In this document: in pieces, positions 9,417-18,575 of the stretch
Layout of the letters: each line of letters begins with the position of its first letter
Position numbering within the stretch: position 1 is the first letter of the stretch
Origin: a virus
Lineage: Duplodnaviria > Caudoviricetes
Virus record (IMG/VR): IMGVR_UViG_3300037309_000019
Location: 1 to 29,437 of that record
Reading direction: 5' to 3' (one strand)
Length of the DNA: 29,437 nt
Notes under the pieces: model-generated
Databases searched by the model: none
The model's input: the letters and a program-made list of their open reading frames with translations, nothing else
What the model was told of the DNA's origin: nothing
Translations under genes and position numbers: made by a program

Positions 9417-9982
9417 AAGTATTGCCTCCGCTCGTGGCGCTGAATCCACGTCTTCACATCAGCCGGGTACTCTGATGCCGTCTGAATCGCCCCCTCGCCA
9501 ACAACTACGCTTTCGCCGGTATTTGTGCGTTTCTGCCAAAAGAAAAACGCCAGGCGCTTAACGATGCGTTTGCAATCCGCAGATGGCGTTTGGCTATATC
9601 CCCATACGCCCGTTACCTGAATGTCGTCAGTTGCATCCCACGCCTCACTAACCAACGCTATGGCGTGATGCGGAGTGTGATTGCGCGGCAACAAATACCA
9701 ATCAGTTGAACTCAGAGTCGCACTATCGCCGTTGACAATTGAAGAAACTGAAATCAGGTCATCATCCATCAACAGCTTTTTGCCGTTGACGGACTCAACG
9801 CCAAACGTGCGCGTTGCCGTCACGCCCTCAAAGCGCCGACCTGTTTTAGTTTCGAGGTCGGCTTGCGCTTCATCCAGAAACGTCTGAAGGAGTGCGTTCT
9901 CAGCCGTGCTATACGACGACTGCGAACCGCCTGTAGCCTCTGTGATGTAGCTTTTGAACTCTGAGAGCGTGACGTATGCCAT
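9413..9982 (-). CDS. Head-tail connector / adaptor (HK97 gp6-like)
   Basis: 189 aa directly after the capsid gene. Motifs MAYVTLSEFKSY, ETKTGRRF and VTGVWGYSQTPSAD. Confidence 0.85.
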   Translation of the reverse strand: MAYVTLSEFKSYITEATGGSQSSYSTAENALLQTFLDEAQADLETKTGRRFEGVTATRTFGVESVNGKKLLMDDDLISVSSIVNGDSATLSSTDWYLLPRNHTPHHAIALVSEAWDATDDIQVTGVWGYSQTPSADCKRIVKRLAFFFWQKRTNTGESVVVGEGAIQTASEYPADVKTWIQRHERRQYL

Positions 9983-9985
9983 CGT

Positions 9986-11878
9986 TTACGCCTGCGCCAA
10001 ATAGCGAACAGCACTCGGCAGCATCATGCGCCCGTCGTAGCGCTTGTACCAGCGGAACCCAACCTCGCCAGTGCCCGCATACAACTCATCCAAGCGGCGC
10101 ATTTCAAGCTGAGCAAAATCGCTGATCCAGTAGTAACTGAAATCGCCAAACAGCACGCTGCGAACACCGGTAGCAGGCACGGCCATGTTGTTGTTGACGA
10201 ATACGGGTCGGCCTAACAACGTATCAGGCTGACCGGCTTGCAGACCAGGTTGCCAAATGTATTGATTGGTCGAATCCTTTAGCTTGCGGATGAGTTTCAG
10301 CGTGGCGTCATTCATCATCCACACGGCGCGAGTTCGATACAGATAGCTGAGCGAGTGATACAGGTCAATCAACTCGTCCGTCGTAATCGCTGCCACCGCC
10401 GCCGCCGTCACGCCCAACGACGCACCGGTCACGATCCCCTGAGGCTGGCCTGAGCCGCTGCCAGTCGTGAAGTCGGCGTTCTCGCCCAGAATGAACGCAT
10501 TAGCCGCATCAGGCGCCACGATCTGGCCGAACGTGTCAATGCGGCTATCGTTCAATAGTTCATCCGTCACCTTGCTCAAGCGTGTGTACTTGTAGGGGGC
10601 GAATTCCACCTCGCCCAGCGTCGGCTCGTTCTGGTTGAAGGCCGCACTCTCAGCAGTCAACACGGCACGACTGGTGTTGGTCAGAGTAGGCACTTTGAAT
10701 GCCGTTGTGCCGTCCACGGAGATGACACGCGCTCCGGCCTGTCGAATTAACGAACCTTCCAAAATCGGCTTCACAACTTCGTTGCTGTACTTGATGGGCA
10801 CGAGGAAACCGCCTTGTGCCGCTGTGCCTTCGTTCATTGTGGCTTTAGCTGCATCGCTCAACTGCACACCGCTGCGGTCGCCACTGCGAAAGTAGCGCAT
10901 CCATGCGCTCTCGGCCTTTGCGGCATCTGCCTTTGCGGCATCGTTGGTTTGCTCGGTCTGAAACAACGCAGGCCGCCCAGCCTTCACCGCTGCATCGTTA
11001 AACTCTTTTAATTTTGCAGCCAACTGCGCATCTACCTGCGCCTTCACCGCCGCCTCAGCCTTAGCCGCCGCCGTCTCAGATTCTTTCTTGGCATCCTCGG
11101 CCTCTTTTGCTCTCTTCGCCTCATCGGTGAATCGTTGGTCAATCATGCTCGTGATTTTTTTGAGCAATTCGTCGCTTTCCATTTTTTTATTACCTGCCTT
11201 TGTTGCTGCATCGGCGACAACATGCGCCTTTGCGTCTAAATTTGAATTTTCGGATTCATCGGGGAACTCGCCCTTTATTTCGTCAAGCAACTGCATGATG
11301 TGCTGGAGTCTTTCACGATTGCGCCTCGCAATCTTGGCCCCGGCTTTTGCAGCCGCCTCGCCCGAATCGGACTCGTTGCCGATAAATTCCTCGTAAAGTG
11401 CCTTGAGTGCTGGCACGGCAATGGCCTGCGGATTGACTGCCGTAGAGGCCGTCTCAGCATCCATAAGCGACATCGCCAGAATAGGCCATGATGACACGCG
11501 CCCTGCTTTGCCCACGATGCCTACAGGCCGCACCAGGTGCGGAGCGCTGTCGGATGATGCGCGTGCCATGCCTTTTGCGGCATCGCTGTAAATCTTTTCA
11601 GCGCGTGGATCACCCTTTTTTAGGTATGTGTCAAACCATTGACCTTGTGCGTCTCGCTCAGCACGGACAGCACGGCCTAGCAATTTCACGGCTTTGGCGC
11701 TTTGCTCACCGTAGCCATGCCAGTAATAGACGGGGATTTCGCCAGCATCGCCCAAATCCGTTTGCGCGTCGAAAACCTGCCCCTGTCTGTCTACGCCGTG
11801 TGGCAAGCCCAAAACGCGCAACTTGTATTCGTTGCCCGCGTCGCCAACGGCCTTAACTGCAATAAATTCGTCTGACAT
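9986..11878 (-). CDS. Fused prohead protease - scaffold (delta) - HK97-fold major capsid protein
   Basis: One frame. The N-terminal part has protease-like DRQGQVF, YYWHG, SSDSAPHLV and WPILAMSL. It is followed by an Ala/Lys coiled coil, then GGFLVP, SDELL-type 'TDELLNDS', 'WMMN', YIWQPGL and LFGDFS. The likely start is MSDEF at 11878. Confidence 0.93.
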   Translation of the reverse strand: MSDEFIAVKAVGDAGNEYKLRVLGLPHGVDRQGQVFDAQTDLGDAGEIPVYYWHGYGEQSAKAVKLLGRAVRAERDAQGQWFDTYLKKGDPRAEKIYSDAAKGMARASSDSAPHLVRPVGIVGKAGRVSSWPILAMSLMDAETASTAVNPQAIAVPALKALYEEFIGNESDSGEAAAKAGAKIARRNRERLQHIMQLLDEIKGEFPDESENSNLDAKAHVVADAATKAGNKKMESDELLKKITSMIDQRFTDEAKRAKEAEDAKKESETAAAKAEAAVKAQVDAQLAAKLKEFNDAAVKAGRPALFQTEQTNDAAKADAAKAESAWMRYFRSGDRSGVQLSDAAKATMNEGTAAQGGFLVPIKYSNEVVKPILEGSLIRQAGARVISVDGTTAFKVPTLTNTSRAVLTAESAAFNQNEPTLGEVEFAPYKYTRLSKVTDELLNDSRIDTFGQIVAPDAANAFILGENADFTTGSGSGQPQGIVTGASLGVTAAAVAAITTDELIDLYHSLSYLYRTRAVWMMNDATLKLIRKLKDSTNQYIWQPGLQAGQPDTLLGRPVFVNNNMAVPATGVRSVLFGDFSYYWISDFAQLEMRRLDELYAGTGEVGFRWYKRYDGRMMLPSAVRYLAQA

Positions 11879-11928
11879 TGGAAAACAAAAAGCGCCCACA
11901 CCAAAAAAGATGTGGGCGCGTACGCCTT
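11879..11928 (-). terminator. Leader hairpin/intrinsic terminator, copy 1 of an identical 50-bp repeat
   Basis: Minus strand reads AAGGCGTAC-GCGCCCACA-TCTTTTTTGG-TGTGGGCGC-TTTTTGTTTTCCA, identical to 19933-19982. Confidence 0.85.
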
Positions 11929-11950
11929 TTGAGTAATTAACTTGACGAAA

Positions 11951-11959
11951 AGTATAGCA
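11951..11959 (-). promoter_or_regulatory. Extended -10 promoter element (TGCTATACT) upstream of the capsid leader
   Basis: TGnTATACT sits 22 nt upstream of repeat copy 1. Confidence 0.65.
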
Positions 11960-12466
11960 CTATCGTGTTATTTTCGACACGGTGATACGCCCGATTTCGT
12001 TCACCATCGCCCGCCGTTGCGCTGCCGTGTTCGACCACGCTCGCGCGAAAAAATTATTTGGGTTAGTGCCAGGGTGTCGCACGCGAAAAGCAAAACGTGG
12101 CCTGCCATCGCTGCCCGCCCAACGCAACGGATAGCCGCGTCGTTTTGGCTTGATGATGTGCGGCTTTGAGCCAAACAACACGGTTTTTACCACCACTTCG
12201 GGGCGGGCTTTGTTGCCCGCTTCGAGACGTAGTTCTACGTTTTTCGTGCCGCGCCCAGTAACCTTATAACGAATGCTATCGCGCAGCGTGCCACTTTCGC
12301 CAGGCTTGCCCGACTGAGGCGCTTCGGACTGCGCAGATAAGCGCAACAATCGCCCATACTCATCAAGCTGTTGGGTCGCCGTGTCTATGACGGCCTGTTG
12401 CGCCTTAGTAATTCGCCCCTTTAGGGCAGTCAACTCATTTACGTTAATCGTTACCAAATTAGCCAT
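11960..12466 (-). CDS. HK97 gp10-like / head morphogenesis-associated basic protein
   Basis: 168 aa. Motifs AP..SGTLRDSI and GSKPHIIKPK...VRHPGTNPNNFFARAW. Confidence 0.8.
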   Translation of the reverse strand: MANLVTINVNELTALKGRITKAQQAVIDTATQQLDEYGRLLRLSAQSEAPQSGKPGESGTLRDSIRYKVTGRGTKNVELRLEAGNKARPEVVVKTVLFGSKPHIIKPKRRGYPLRWAGSDGRPRFAFRVRHPGTNPNNFFARAWSNTAAQRRAMVNEIGRITVSKITR

Positions 12467-13871
12467 TGATGGTTAGCTCCTCAGCGTAGTATGCGCCGCC
12501 CTCACGCATGATGAAAAGCGGCGCAGCCTTCGTGGCCTCGCGCCCCAAGTGCGCCCCAAATCTCACGATCTTCTCAACGGTTTTGTCTCCGTCTGGGGTG
12601 ACGAGGGTCATGCCCACATAGTCGGCCACAACCGGCAACGCCTTAACAGATGCAGCGGGCGGCATGGTGGGCGTTGTTGCCTCGGTTAGCACAGTCACAT
12701 CATCGGCGCGGGGGTCGTCAATGTGAGGGTTGTTAGTCATCTCTCGCGCTTCATTCACTGTAATAATGCCGCCCTGTAGAAGTAACACCGCCCGTTGCGC
12801 ACGTTCGCTAGCATCCTCTTGCAAAGCCGGAATTTCGCTCAGATCATGCTCGAAATACAAATCCTCGCTGCCCTCATATTCGGCATGCAACAGGGAGTAG
12901 GTTAGCTCCTCTGCAATCATTTCCAATTCAGGGATAGCCCACAACTCCCAAAAATGACGAGATTGCACGGCTGCATTTGCCAGCATCGATGCATCAGAAT
13001 AATCACCAGCAATGCTAGGTGGCACTGAGTAGGCCGCCATAATCTCTTTTGCCAGGCGCATCATCCGCTCTTCGCGCTGTTGTTCCTGTGCCGTCAACAC
13101 CCCGCTTTTGTAATCTGTGCCTTGCGGCATGTGAATGTCTCGCCCTGCATTTTTAGGGTCACTACGTTTTGCGTCCCATTCCTCGCTAAGGCGCATTCGA
13201 TCAATATTGAGATATGTCGCGTCATACGTGACGATGCCGCCGCCCTGCCCACCGCGTTTGTCTATGGCCTCCTGCGCAGTGTCGGCCATTTGGTAGCGGT
13301 TGATTGCGCCCAATGCACCATGCGTCGGGCTGTTGGCCTGCGGCGTGCCATCGTCGCCTTGATACCAGAGGCGAATTACGTCCTTCGGGTCGTACAGCAC
13401 GTTATTCACGGCGTAGCGGTAGCCCGCGATGAAATTGTTTGCGTCCGGCTCAATCATCACCAGATGCGCAGGTAACACATACAACGCGCCAACCGACATA
13501 GCGCGAAATTTGAGGATGTAGCACGTACCATGGATGGCAAGCTGACGTTCAATTGTCATCCTGAACGATTTGGCGTTGAGGTTAATTCCGTTCACATCCC
13601 GCAACAAATCTAAAACGGGATGGTCAATAACTTCCCGCTTTTTGTCGCCGCGACCACGATACAGTTTCATGGGCGCTTTGGTCACGGCGTAGGCGCGGGC
13701 AGCCACGCAGTTACGCGCCCAAACATTTTGATTGACAGCCTGCACCCAACCGGTAGGGGCATTAGCAAACGTGGTATCACCTGTGCCAGCGCTGCCCCAC
13801 CAGAAGCCATTAAAACTTTTCGGAAGTGCCTTCACTGCAAACCGCATCGCAATTCGTTGTAGTAGTCCCAT
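12459..13871 (-). CDS. Portal protein (HK97 family)
   Basis: Follows TerL. Motifs DHPVLDLL, LAIHGTCY, IMAAYSVPPSIAG and GIITVNEARE. Start is at 13871 or 13883. Confidence 0.93.
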   Translation of the reverse strand: MGLLQRIAMRFAVKALPKSFNGFWWGSAGTGDTTFANAPTGWVQAVNQNVWARNCVAARAYAVTKAPMKLYRGRGDKKREVIDHPVLDLLRDVNGINLNAKSFRMTIERQLAIHGTCYILKFRAMSVGALYVLPAHLVMIEPDANNFIAGYRYAVNNVLYDPKDVIRLWYQGDDGTPQANSPTHGALGAINRYQMADTAQEAIDKRGGQGGGIVTYDATYLNIDRMRLSEEWDAKRSDPKNAGRDIHMPQGTDYKSGVLTAQEQQREERMMRLAKEIMAAYSVPPSIAGDYSDASMLANAAVQSRHFWELWAIPELEMIAEELTYSLLHAEYEGSEDLYFEHDLSEIPALQEDASERAQRAVLLLQGGIITVNEAREMTNNPHIDDPRADDVTVLTEATTPTMPPAASVKALPVVADYVGMTLVTPDGDKTVEKIVRFGAHLGREATKAAPLFIMREGGAYYAEELTING

Positions 13872-13873
13872 GT

Positions 13874-15184
13874 CTATCCCCATCCTCCACCGCTATGTCC
13901 AATGTTCAAATCAGTTAACGCCCAAACGAGCGCATCCATGCGGTCGGGTGAGTCGGCTGCACCTGGCACCCAGTTACACATCTGAGATTCAAGATCAGCA
14001 AACGCACCAACGTGATGCACAAGGCCGCGCTCGTACTTAGCGCTAATCGGCTCGGCGCGGGTGTATTTACCCCGCGTCGCCCTAACCTGACGCACGTTGA
14101 CTAAACCCTCTATCCCCCTCATGGTCAAAATCGTATGCTCAACCATGTCTCCACCCTGATTAACTTCGGCAACGATGCAATCCGCCTTAAATTGGGCATA
14201 TAAATCAATTACGCGCTTGCCCCATTCGGCAGGAGTGCCCTGCAAACTCCCGTCTTCCAAAACGTAGCCATCTCCGTTTTGGGCAATGCCCGCAACCACG
14301 ATACCGCACTCATCGCGCTTGCTGCCTGCGGGCGGGTCTACGCCCACCACAATACGCTTTAACTCCGGCGCTGCACGGACGCGGTGCGCCTCTATCGTCG
14401 CCAATTTCCACAGCGCACCTGGCACATCGTTCAGCAATGCCCCTTCGATTTCTTGCTTCCCCAATCGTGTACCGATGTAGGGTTTTAGCACCGTGTCAAA
14501 AAAGACGGGCGATAAATTGCCGCGATTGTCGAAACTGCTTCCGACTACGTCTACTGTTAGTGGGTCGGCGATGAGCTCCTGAATTAACGGGATGGGGCGC
14601 GGCGTGGTCGTTACGCACACTTGGGGTTTATTCCCCACACGCAAACCAAACATGAGGTTGTCCCACGTCTCACGCGGGTATTTGAATTTTGCCAATTCAT
14701 CAACCCACGCGCTGCCGTGCTGGGGGCCGCGCAATTGGTCGGGTTCGTCGCCGCTGTAGGCAATGGCGACCATGCCGTTAGGCCATGTGAGACGACGCTT
14801 CGAGGTCTCATACGTGGGCATAAACCAGGGCGGGCTTACCTGCCTGATGCTGGATTCAAAGGTATCAATCATTACGTCTCTCACATCCGCCTTCGTCTGA
14901 CCAATTAGTGCAATGGGCGCATATGGCCCGCGCTTTGCTCGATCAATAACCCACTCTGCGCCCGTCCTTGTTTTGCCAAAGCCGCGCCCGCTGCGAATGA
15001 GCCACACCAACCAATCGCCAGGCGGCGCAATCTGTTTAGGACGCGCCCAAAATGACCACTCGTAAAAAAGCGCCGCAGCATCCTCATTACTCAACTCCGC
15101 CAGAAACGTTTGCCTCTCTGGTTCTGGCAACGAGAGCAGCAAGTTTGCTGATAAGACGATCTTTTGCTGTTGCAAGTGGGTCAT
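13874..15184 (-). CDS. terL: Terminase large subunit
   Basis: Walker A GRGFGKT, LRGPQH...WVDELA (Walker B), TTTPRP, and nuclease motifs VGVDP and SPDRMDALVWA. Confidence 0.97.
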   Translation of the reverse strand: MTHLQQQKIVLSANLLLSLPEPERQTFLAELSNEDAAALFYEWSFWARPKQIAPPGDWLVWLIRSGRGFGKTRTGAEWVIDRAKRGPYAPIALIGQTKADVRDVMIDTFESSIRQVSPPWFMPTYETSKRRLTWPNGMVAIAYSGDEPDQLRGPQHGSAWVDELAKFKYPRETWDNLMFGLRVGNKPQVCVTTTPRPIPLIQELIADPLTVDVVGSSFDNRGNLSPVFFDTVLKPYIGTRLGKQEIEGALLNDVPGALWKLATIEAHRVRAAPELKRIVVGVDPPAGSKRDECGIVVAGIAQNGDGYVLEDGSLQGTPAEWGKRVIDLYAQFKADCIVAEVNQGGDMVEHTILTMRGIEGLVNVRQVRATRGKYTRAEPISAKYERGLVHHVGAFADLESQMCNWVPGAADSPDRMDALVWALTDLNIGHSGGGWG

Positions 15185-15563
15185 ATGGGTCTTTGCCGTC
15201 CGGCGTGGTAGGCGCTAATTTCACGGCTGCATCTATTCCATAAACCTTGATGCGCCGATCTATGCACCACTGCACGCCGCCTAAATGCTCGTGTTCGGTT
15301 GTGTTATTCCATGCCGTCCAGCGTTCACGTTCGAGATTGTCAATTTTTGCGATTTCCTGCGCCTTAAACTCGTCGTATGTTTTTGCAGTTTCGGCGTGCC
15401 ATTCCTCGCGGATAGATTTAAGGTCAATGCTTACCTGCGACTGACTGATGCCTAATTCCTCCGCAATTTGCTCTTGAAATTTGCCTTGCAATGTCATTCG
15501 CGCAATCTCGCGGCGATGCGCAGCGCGTTGAGTGGGATTACGTTTTTGGCCTCGTTTGCTCAT
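15087..15563 (-). CDS. terS: Terminase small subunit (HTH)
   Basis: 158 aa directly upstream of TerL. N-terminal HTH QEQIAEELGISQSQVSIDL and CIDRRIKVYGID. Confidence 0.8.
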   Translation of the reverse strand: MSKRGQKRNPTQRAAHRREIARMTLQGKFQEQIAEELGISQSQVSIDLKSIREEWHAETAKTYDEFKAQEIAKIDNLERERWTAWNNTTEHEHLGGVQWCIDRRIKVYGIDAAVKLAPTTPDGKDPYDPLATAKDRLISKLAALVARTREANVSGGVE

Positions 15564-15847
15564 ATTTCCGCCTGTACCTCAAACCATGTTTCAAACGTGT
15601 TTGCACCACTCATCCATTTCACCTCAACGCGATAGAGGCTACCCGCTACCAAATTTGCGATTGCGCCCAGTGTGATTACGTTGCCTGTGACGCTTGCCGT
15701 CCCGCCAATAGCAGTGCTGGCTGTTTGATTTTTTATTTGCACCGTAGGCGATTCAGGCGTGCCGCCCCAGGGTGTTGTATCTATGGTGTAGGCAATACTC
15801 TCGTCCTCGCCCTGCACTATGTCGCGCTCTTTTACCTGTCTGTTCAT
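15560..15847 (-). CDS. Small beta-sandwich fibre adaptor-like protein
   Basis: 95 aa, beta-rich (GEDESIAYTID...GSLYRVEV). ATGA-coupled on both sides. Confidence 0.6.
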   Translation of the reverse strand: MNRQVKERDIVQGEDESIAYTIDTTPWGGTPESPTVQIKNQTASTAIGGTASVTGNVITLGAIANLVAGSLYRVEVKWMSGANTFETWFEVQAEI

Positions 15848-17742
15848 CGTGGTTTGTCCTCCAACGTCAACGTAATAGGCCTAACTCGCAGCGTTAAACT
15901 GTTCAGGCGCGGTGATAGCGTTAGTAGCGTGGAGCGCACTCTAAGCGTAAGAACAGTGTTTGATGAAATGTTGTTTTCGATGACGTGGACACTGCCTATC
16001 CAAGCGCCGATGGCATGGCCCGCTTTGCTCACGGCCTTCACATCAAAGCCGCTGCCTACCCAGACCACTTGCCCAACGCCGCCCTTGTTTGCAACTTTGG
16101 CGTCCGTGCCACTGCCAGTCCATACGCCCAGTACCGCCCCTGTTTTGGTTAGCTGCAACACGTCGTAGCCGTCGCCATGCCACACGCCTATACCGGCCCC
16201 CGCTACGCTCACCGTTTTGGCATCTGCGCCATTGCCTATCCATGCGCAAACTGCACTGCCCGTCTTGTAGATGTTGGATGCGCTGCTGTCGAAGCCGGAG
16301 CCTATCCAAATCCCAACACCCGTACCACTTTTGCTTACAGCTTTTGTATCGGTGCCGCTGCCTACCCATGCGCCAACGCCAACGCCGCCTTTGCTCACAG
16401 AAAGCGTATCGCCGCCCGATGCAACCCACGCACCAGCCACACGGCCTGCCTTGCTGGTGGATTTGGTGTCAAAGCCAGAGGCACCCCACGCACCCGATGC
16501 GCTGCCCGCTTTGCCCAGCGCCAGCGTATCAATGCCCGACCCACTCCATGCACCCACTGCGGCCCCAGTCTTGCTCGTCGTCTTGGCATCCACACCAGAC
16601 CCGACCCACCCAGCAATTGCGCCGCCTGCTTTCGAGATCGTCGCGCCGGTTGAATCAAAGCCGGAGCCGACCCATACGCCTATTGCGGCCCCCACTTTGG
16701 CGAGTGCCTTGCTGTCTGCACCGCTCCCCACCCACGCGCAAATTACAGCACCGGCTTTGGTGACGCTCTTGGTATCGGCACCTGATGCAACCCATGCTGC
16801 AATACTCTGCCCGGTCTTCGACGTTGTTTTAGTGTCGCTGACGCTGCCCGTCCACGGGGCCAGGCCGCTGCCAGTCTTGCTTAGCGTCTTAGCATCGGTG
16901 CCACTGCCAACCCACGAGGTCGTTGCGCCCCCCGATTTACTGACGATCTTTGTGTCTGTTCCGCTACCTCGCCAAATGCCGGTTGCGCTGCCGGTCTCGC
17001 TGAGCGATTTGGTATCTGCACCGCTGCCGCTAAAGCCAGCAACCGCGCTACCTGTTTTGTTGACTCCCGACGACGGAGCGCACGCCTCAAAATCGTCGGC
17101 ATTAACATCAAACGTTGTTCCCGTGAGGTAGAAACCTATGCCAGGCGCACCGGTCGGGTGCAGATTGAGCGCGTCCGTGTATTGCCCAATCTGCAAGCCA
17201 TTCCTAAAAATGGTGATGACATTGCCTTCAATGTCAGCTTCAAGGAGATCACCATTCGCAAATGCTGTAGATATGGTTTGTAGTGCAGATACAGTTTGGC
17301 TAGTGGAGTGATCTATGTAAACGTTGAATCCATCAACGTAGACCAAATAACATTCACCAAACGAACAACGCAATGCAACACCCGTTGCGTCATCCGATGC
17401 GGTGATGTTTCCAACAACTACGCCAACTCGATAATCATTGCCTCGCGCACCCCAGTCGTTGCGGAAAACGAACCCAAAATCGTTGCTGTTGCTGTTTGGG
17501 TTTAGGGTGGCCGCGCCGCTGGATACGATGACCTGGGGCCTGCTGGCCCCAATGCCCTGCGTCCAATTGCTGCTCAACCCGCTGGCAAAGTCGTCGCTAA
17601 TGCAATCGCCAGGCGGTGGCGCAGGCGCAGCCGGAAAGAACCAGTCACTCAGAATGAGCGATGCGCCATCCGTCCGCGTGAGACGAGATCGTCTCACGCG
17701 GACGGAGCGCACAATTTGCCCCTTGCCGCTGGTGTCGCTCAT
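15844..17742 (-). CDS. Repetitive fibre-like virion protein (lectin-like N domain plus 20-aa repeats)
   Basis: 632 aa. A Pro linker precedes a ConA/glucanase-like beta domain (SDDFASG...GAPGIG), followed by 18 repeats and a C-terminal TLxxR repeat. Confidence 0.7.
   Translation of the reverse strand: MSDTSGKGQIVRSVRVRRSRLTRTDGASLILSDWFFPAAPAPPPGDCISDDFASGLSSNWTQGIGASRPQVIVSSGAATLNPNSNSNDFGFVFRNDWGARGNDYRVGVVVGNITASDDATGVALRCSFGECYLVYVDGFNVYIDHSTSQTVSALQTISTAFANGDLLEADIEGNVITIFRNGLQIGQYTDALNLHPTGAPGIGFYLTGTTFDVNADDFEACAPSSGVNKTGSAVAGFSGSGADTKSLSETGSATGIWRGSGTDTKIVSKSGGATTSWVGSGTDAKTLSKTGSGLAPWTGSVSDTKTTSKTGQSIAAWVASGADTKSVTKAGAVICAWVGSGADSKALAKVGAAIGVWVGSGFDSTGATISKAGGAIAGWVGSGVDAKTTSKTGAAVGAWSGSGIDTLALGKAGSASGAWGASGFDTKSTSKAGRVAGAWVASGGDTLSVSKGGVGVGAWVGSGTDTKAVSKSGTGVGIWIGSGFDSSASNIYKTGSAVCAWIGNGADAKTVSVAGAGIGVWHGDGYDVLQLTKTGAVLGVWTGSGTDAKVANKGGVGQVVWVGSGFDVKAVSKAGHAIGAWIGSVHVIENNISSNTVLTLRVRSTLLTLSPRLNSLTLRVRPITLTLEDKPR
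15985..17061 (-). repeat. About 18 tandem 20-22-aa coding repeats, consensus SK(T/A)GxAxxxWxGSGxDxKxx
   Basis: Counted in the translation from NKTGSAVAGFSGSGADTKSL to SKAGHAIGAWIGSV. Confidence 0.9.
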
Positions 17743-17748
17743 GAGGAG

Positions 17749-18573
17749 TTATGGCGTGTAATCGCCCATCACAAAGCTGCCGTGAATGAGGCCTGTATTT
17801 GTAGCGCTGCATTGCACCATCAGCGCCAAACACGCATCATCATAGATGCGCGGGAAACCCAGCGCGGCGAAGTCAAGCACCTGCGCAACATTTACGAGTG
17901 GGATGGGTATCTCTGCCACGCGCCGCAGCAGGGTAAGCCCAATATCGCCCGCCGTTCCCGATGACACGCTGCACGTCAACGATGCGACTGCACGCACGCC
18001 GGTATCACCCGCAGCAAGGTTGAACATGAACATCTGTCCAACACTCTCAGCGTTCGCCGGATGGGTATAGGTGGCGTTGTTGCCCGCGTTGCCGTCTTGA
18101 TCGGTGTAGCTGGCCGTCCACGTCGCGCCGGTCGCGCCTGGAGCGGCGTAAACCTCACCCCACAACTCCACGCCTGCGCCTAGCGCCGCGCCGTTCGCAT
18201 CACGGCTAGGAATAGTGCCAGGTGAAGTAATGTTTTGCGCGGTGGTGATGTTGGTTGCAAAGCCGCTGCACGCCCATAACCGATCGTAAAGAATCAACGT
18301 GCCAACCGTCGAGCCAATCAGCGACATTTTTGCCAGCCGCTTTTGTGTGGCGCTGTTGGTGTGCAGAAACGAACCAGTCGTGGCGTCGGTCGGGCTGTAA
18401 CCGCTGCCCGAGCTAAACAGCGGCGGGTTTGCACCTGCTGCGGGCACCAAGCCCGCTTTCCACAGCGAATGCCACGTCGCAGCGCCCTCTGCGGACTGGC
18501 TGGTTTTGATGAACGGGAATACTGTGTTCGCGCCTGCAAGCAGCGCGACCACCTTATCCATTTCGTTTGCCAT
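17749..18573 (-). CDS. Hypothetical virion-associated beta-rich protein
   Basis: 274 aa, Gly/Ala/Thr-rich, tightly packed in the operon. Motifs LILYDRLW, SYTDQDGNAG and LAAGDTGVR. Confidence 0.7.
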   Translation of the reverse strand: MANEMDKVVALLAGANTVFPFIKTSQSAEGAATWHSLWKAGLVPAAGANPPLFSSGSGYSPTDATTGSFLHTNSATQKRLAKMSLIGSTVGTLILYDRLWACSGFATNITTAQNITSPGTIPSRDANGAALGAGVELWGEVYAAPGATGATWTASYTDQDGNAGNNATYTHPANAESVGQMFMFNLAAGDTGVRAVASLTCSVSSGTAGDIGLTLLRRVAEIPIPLVNVAQVLDFAALGFPRIYDDACLALMVQCSATNTGLIHGSFVMGDYTP

Positions 18574-18575
18574 GT

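Noticed and set aside
12480-12640. Portal C-terminal GMTLVTPDGDKTVEKI as an intein/Hint start
   Set aside because: There is no N-terminal Cys/Ser nucleophile or C-terminal HN motif, and the segment is too short.
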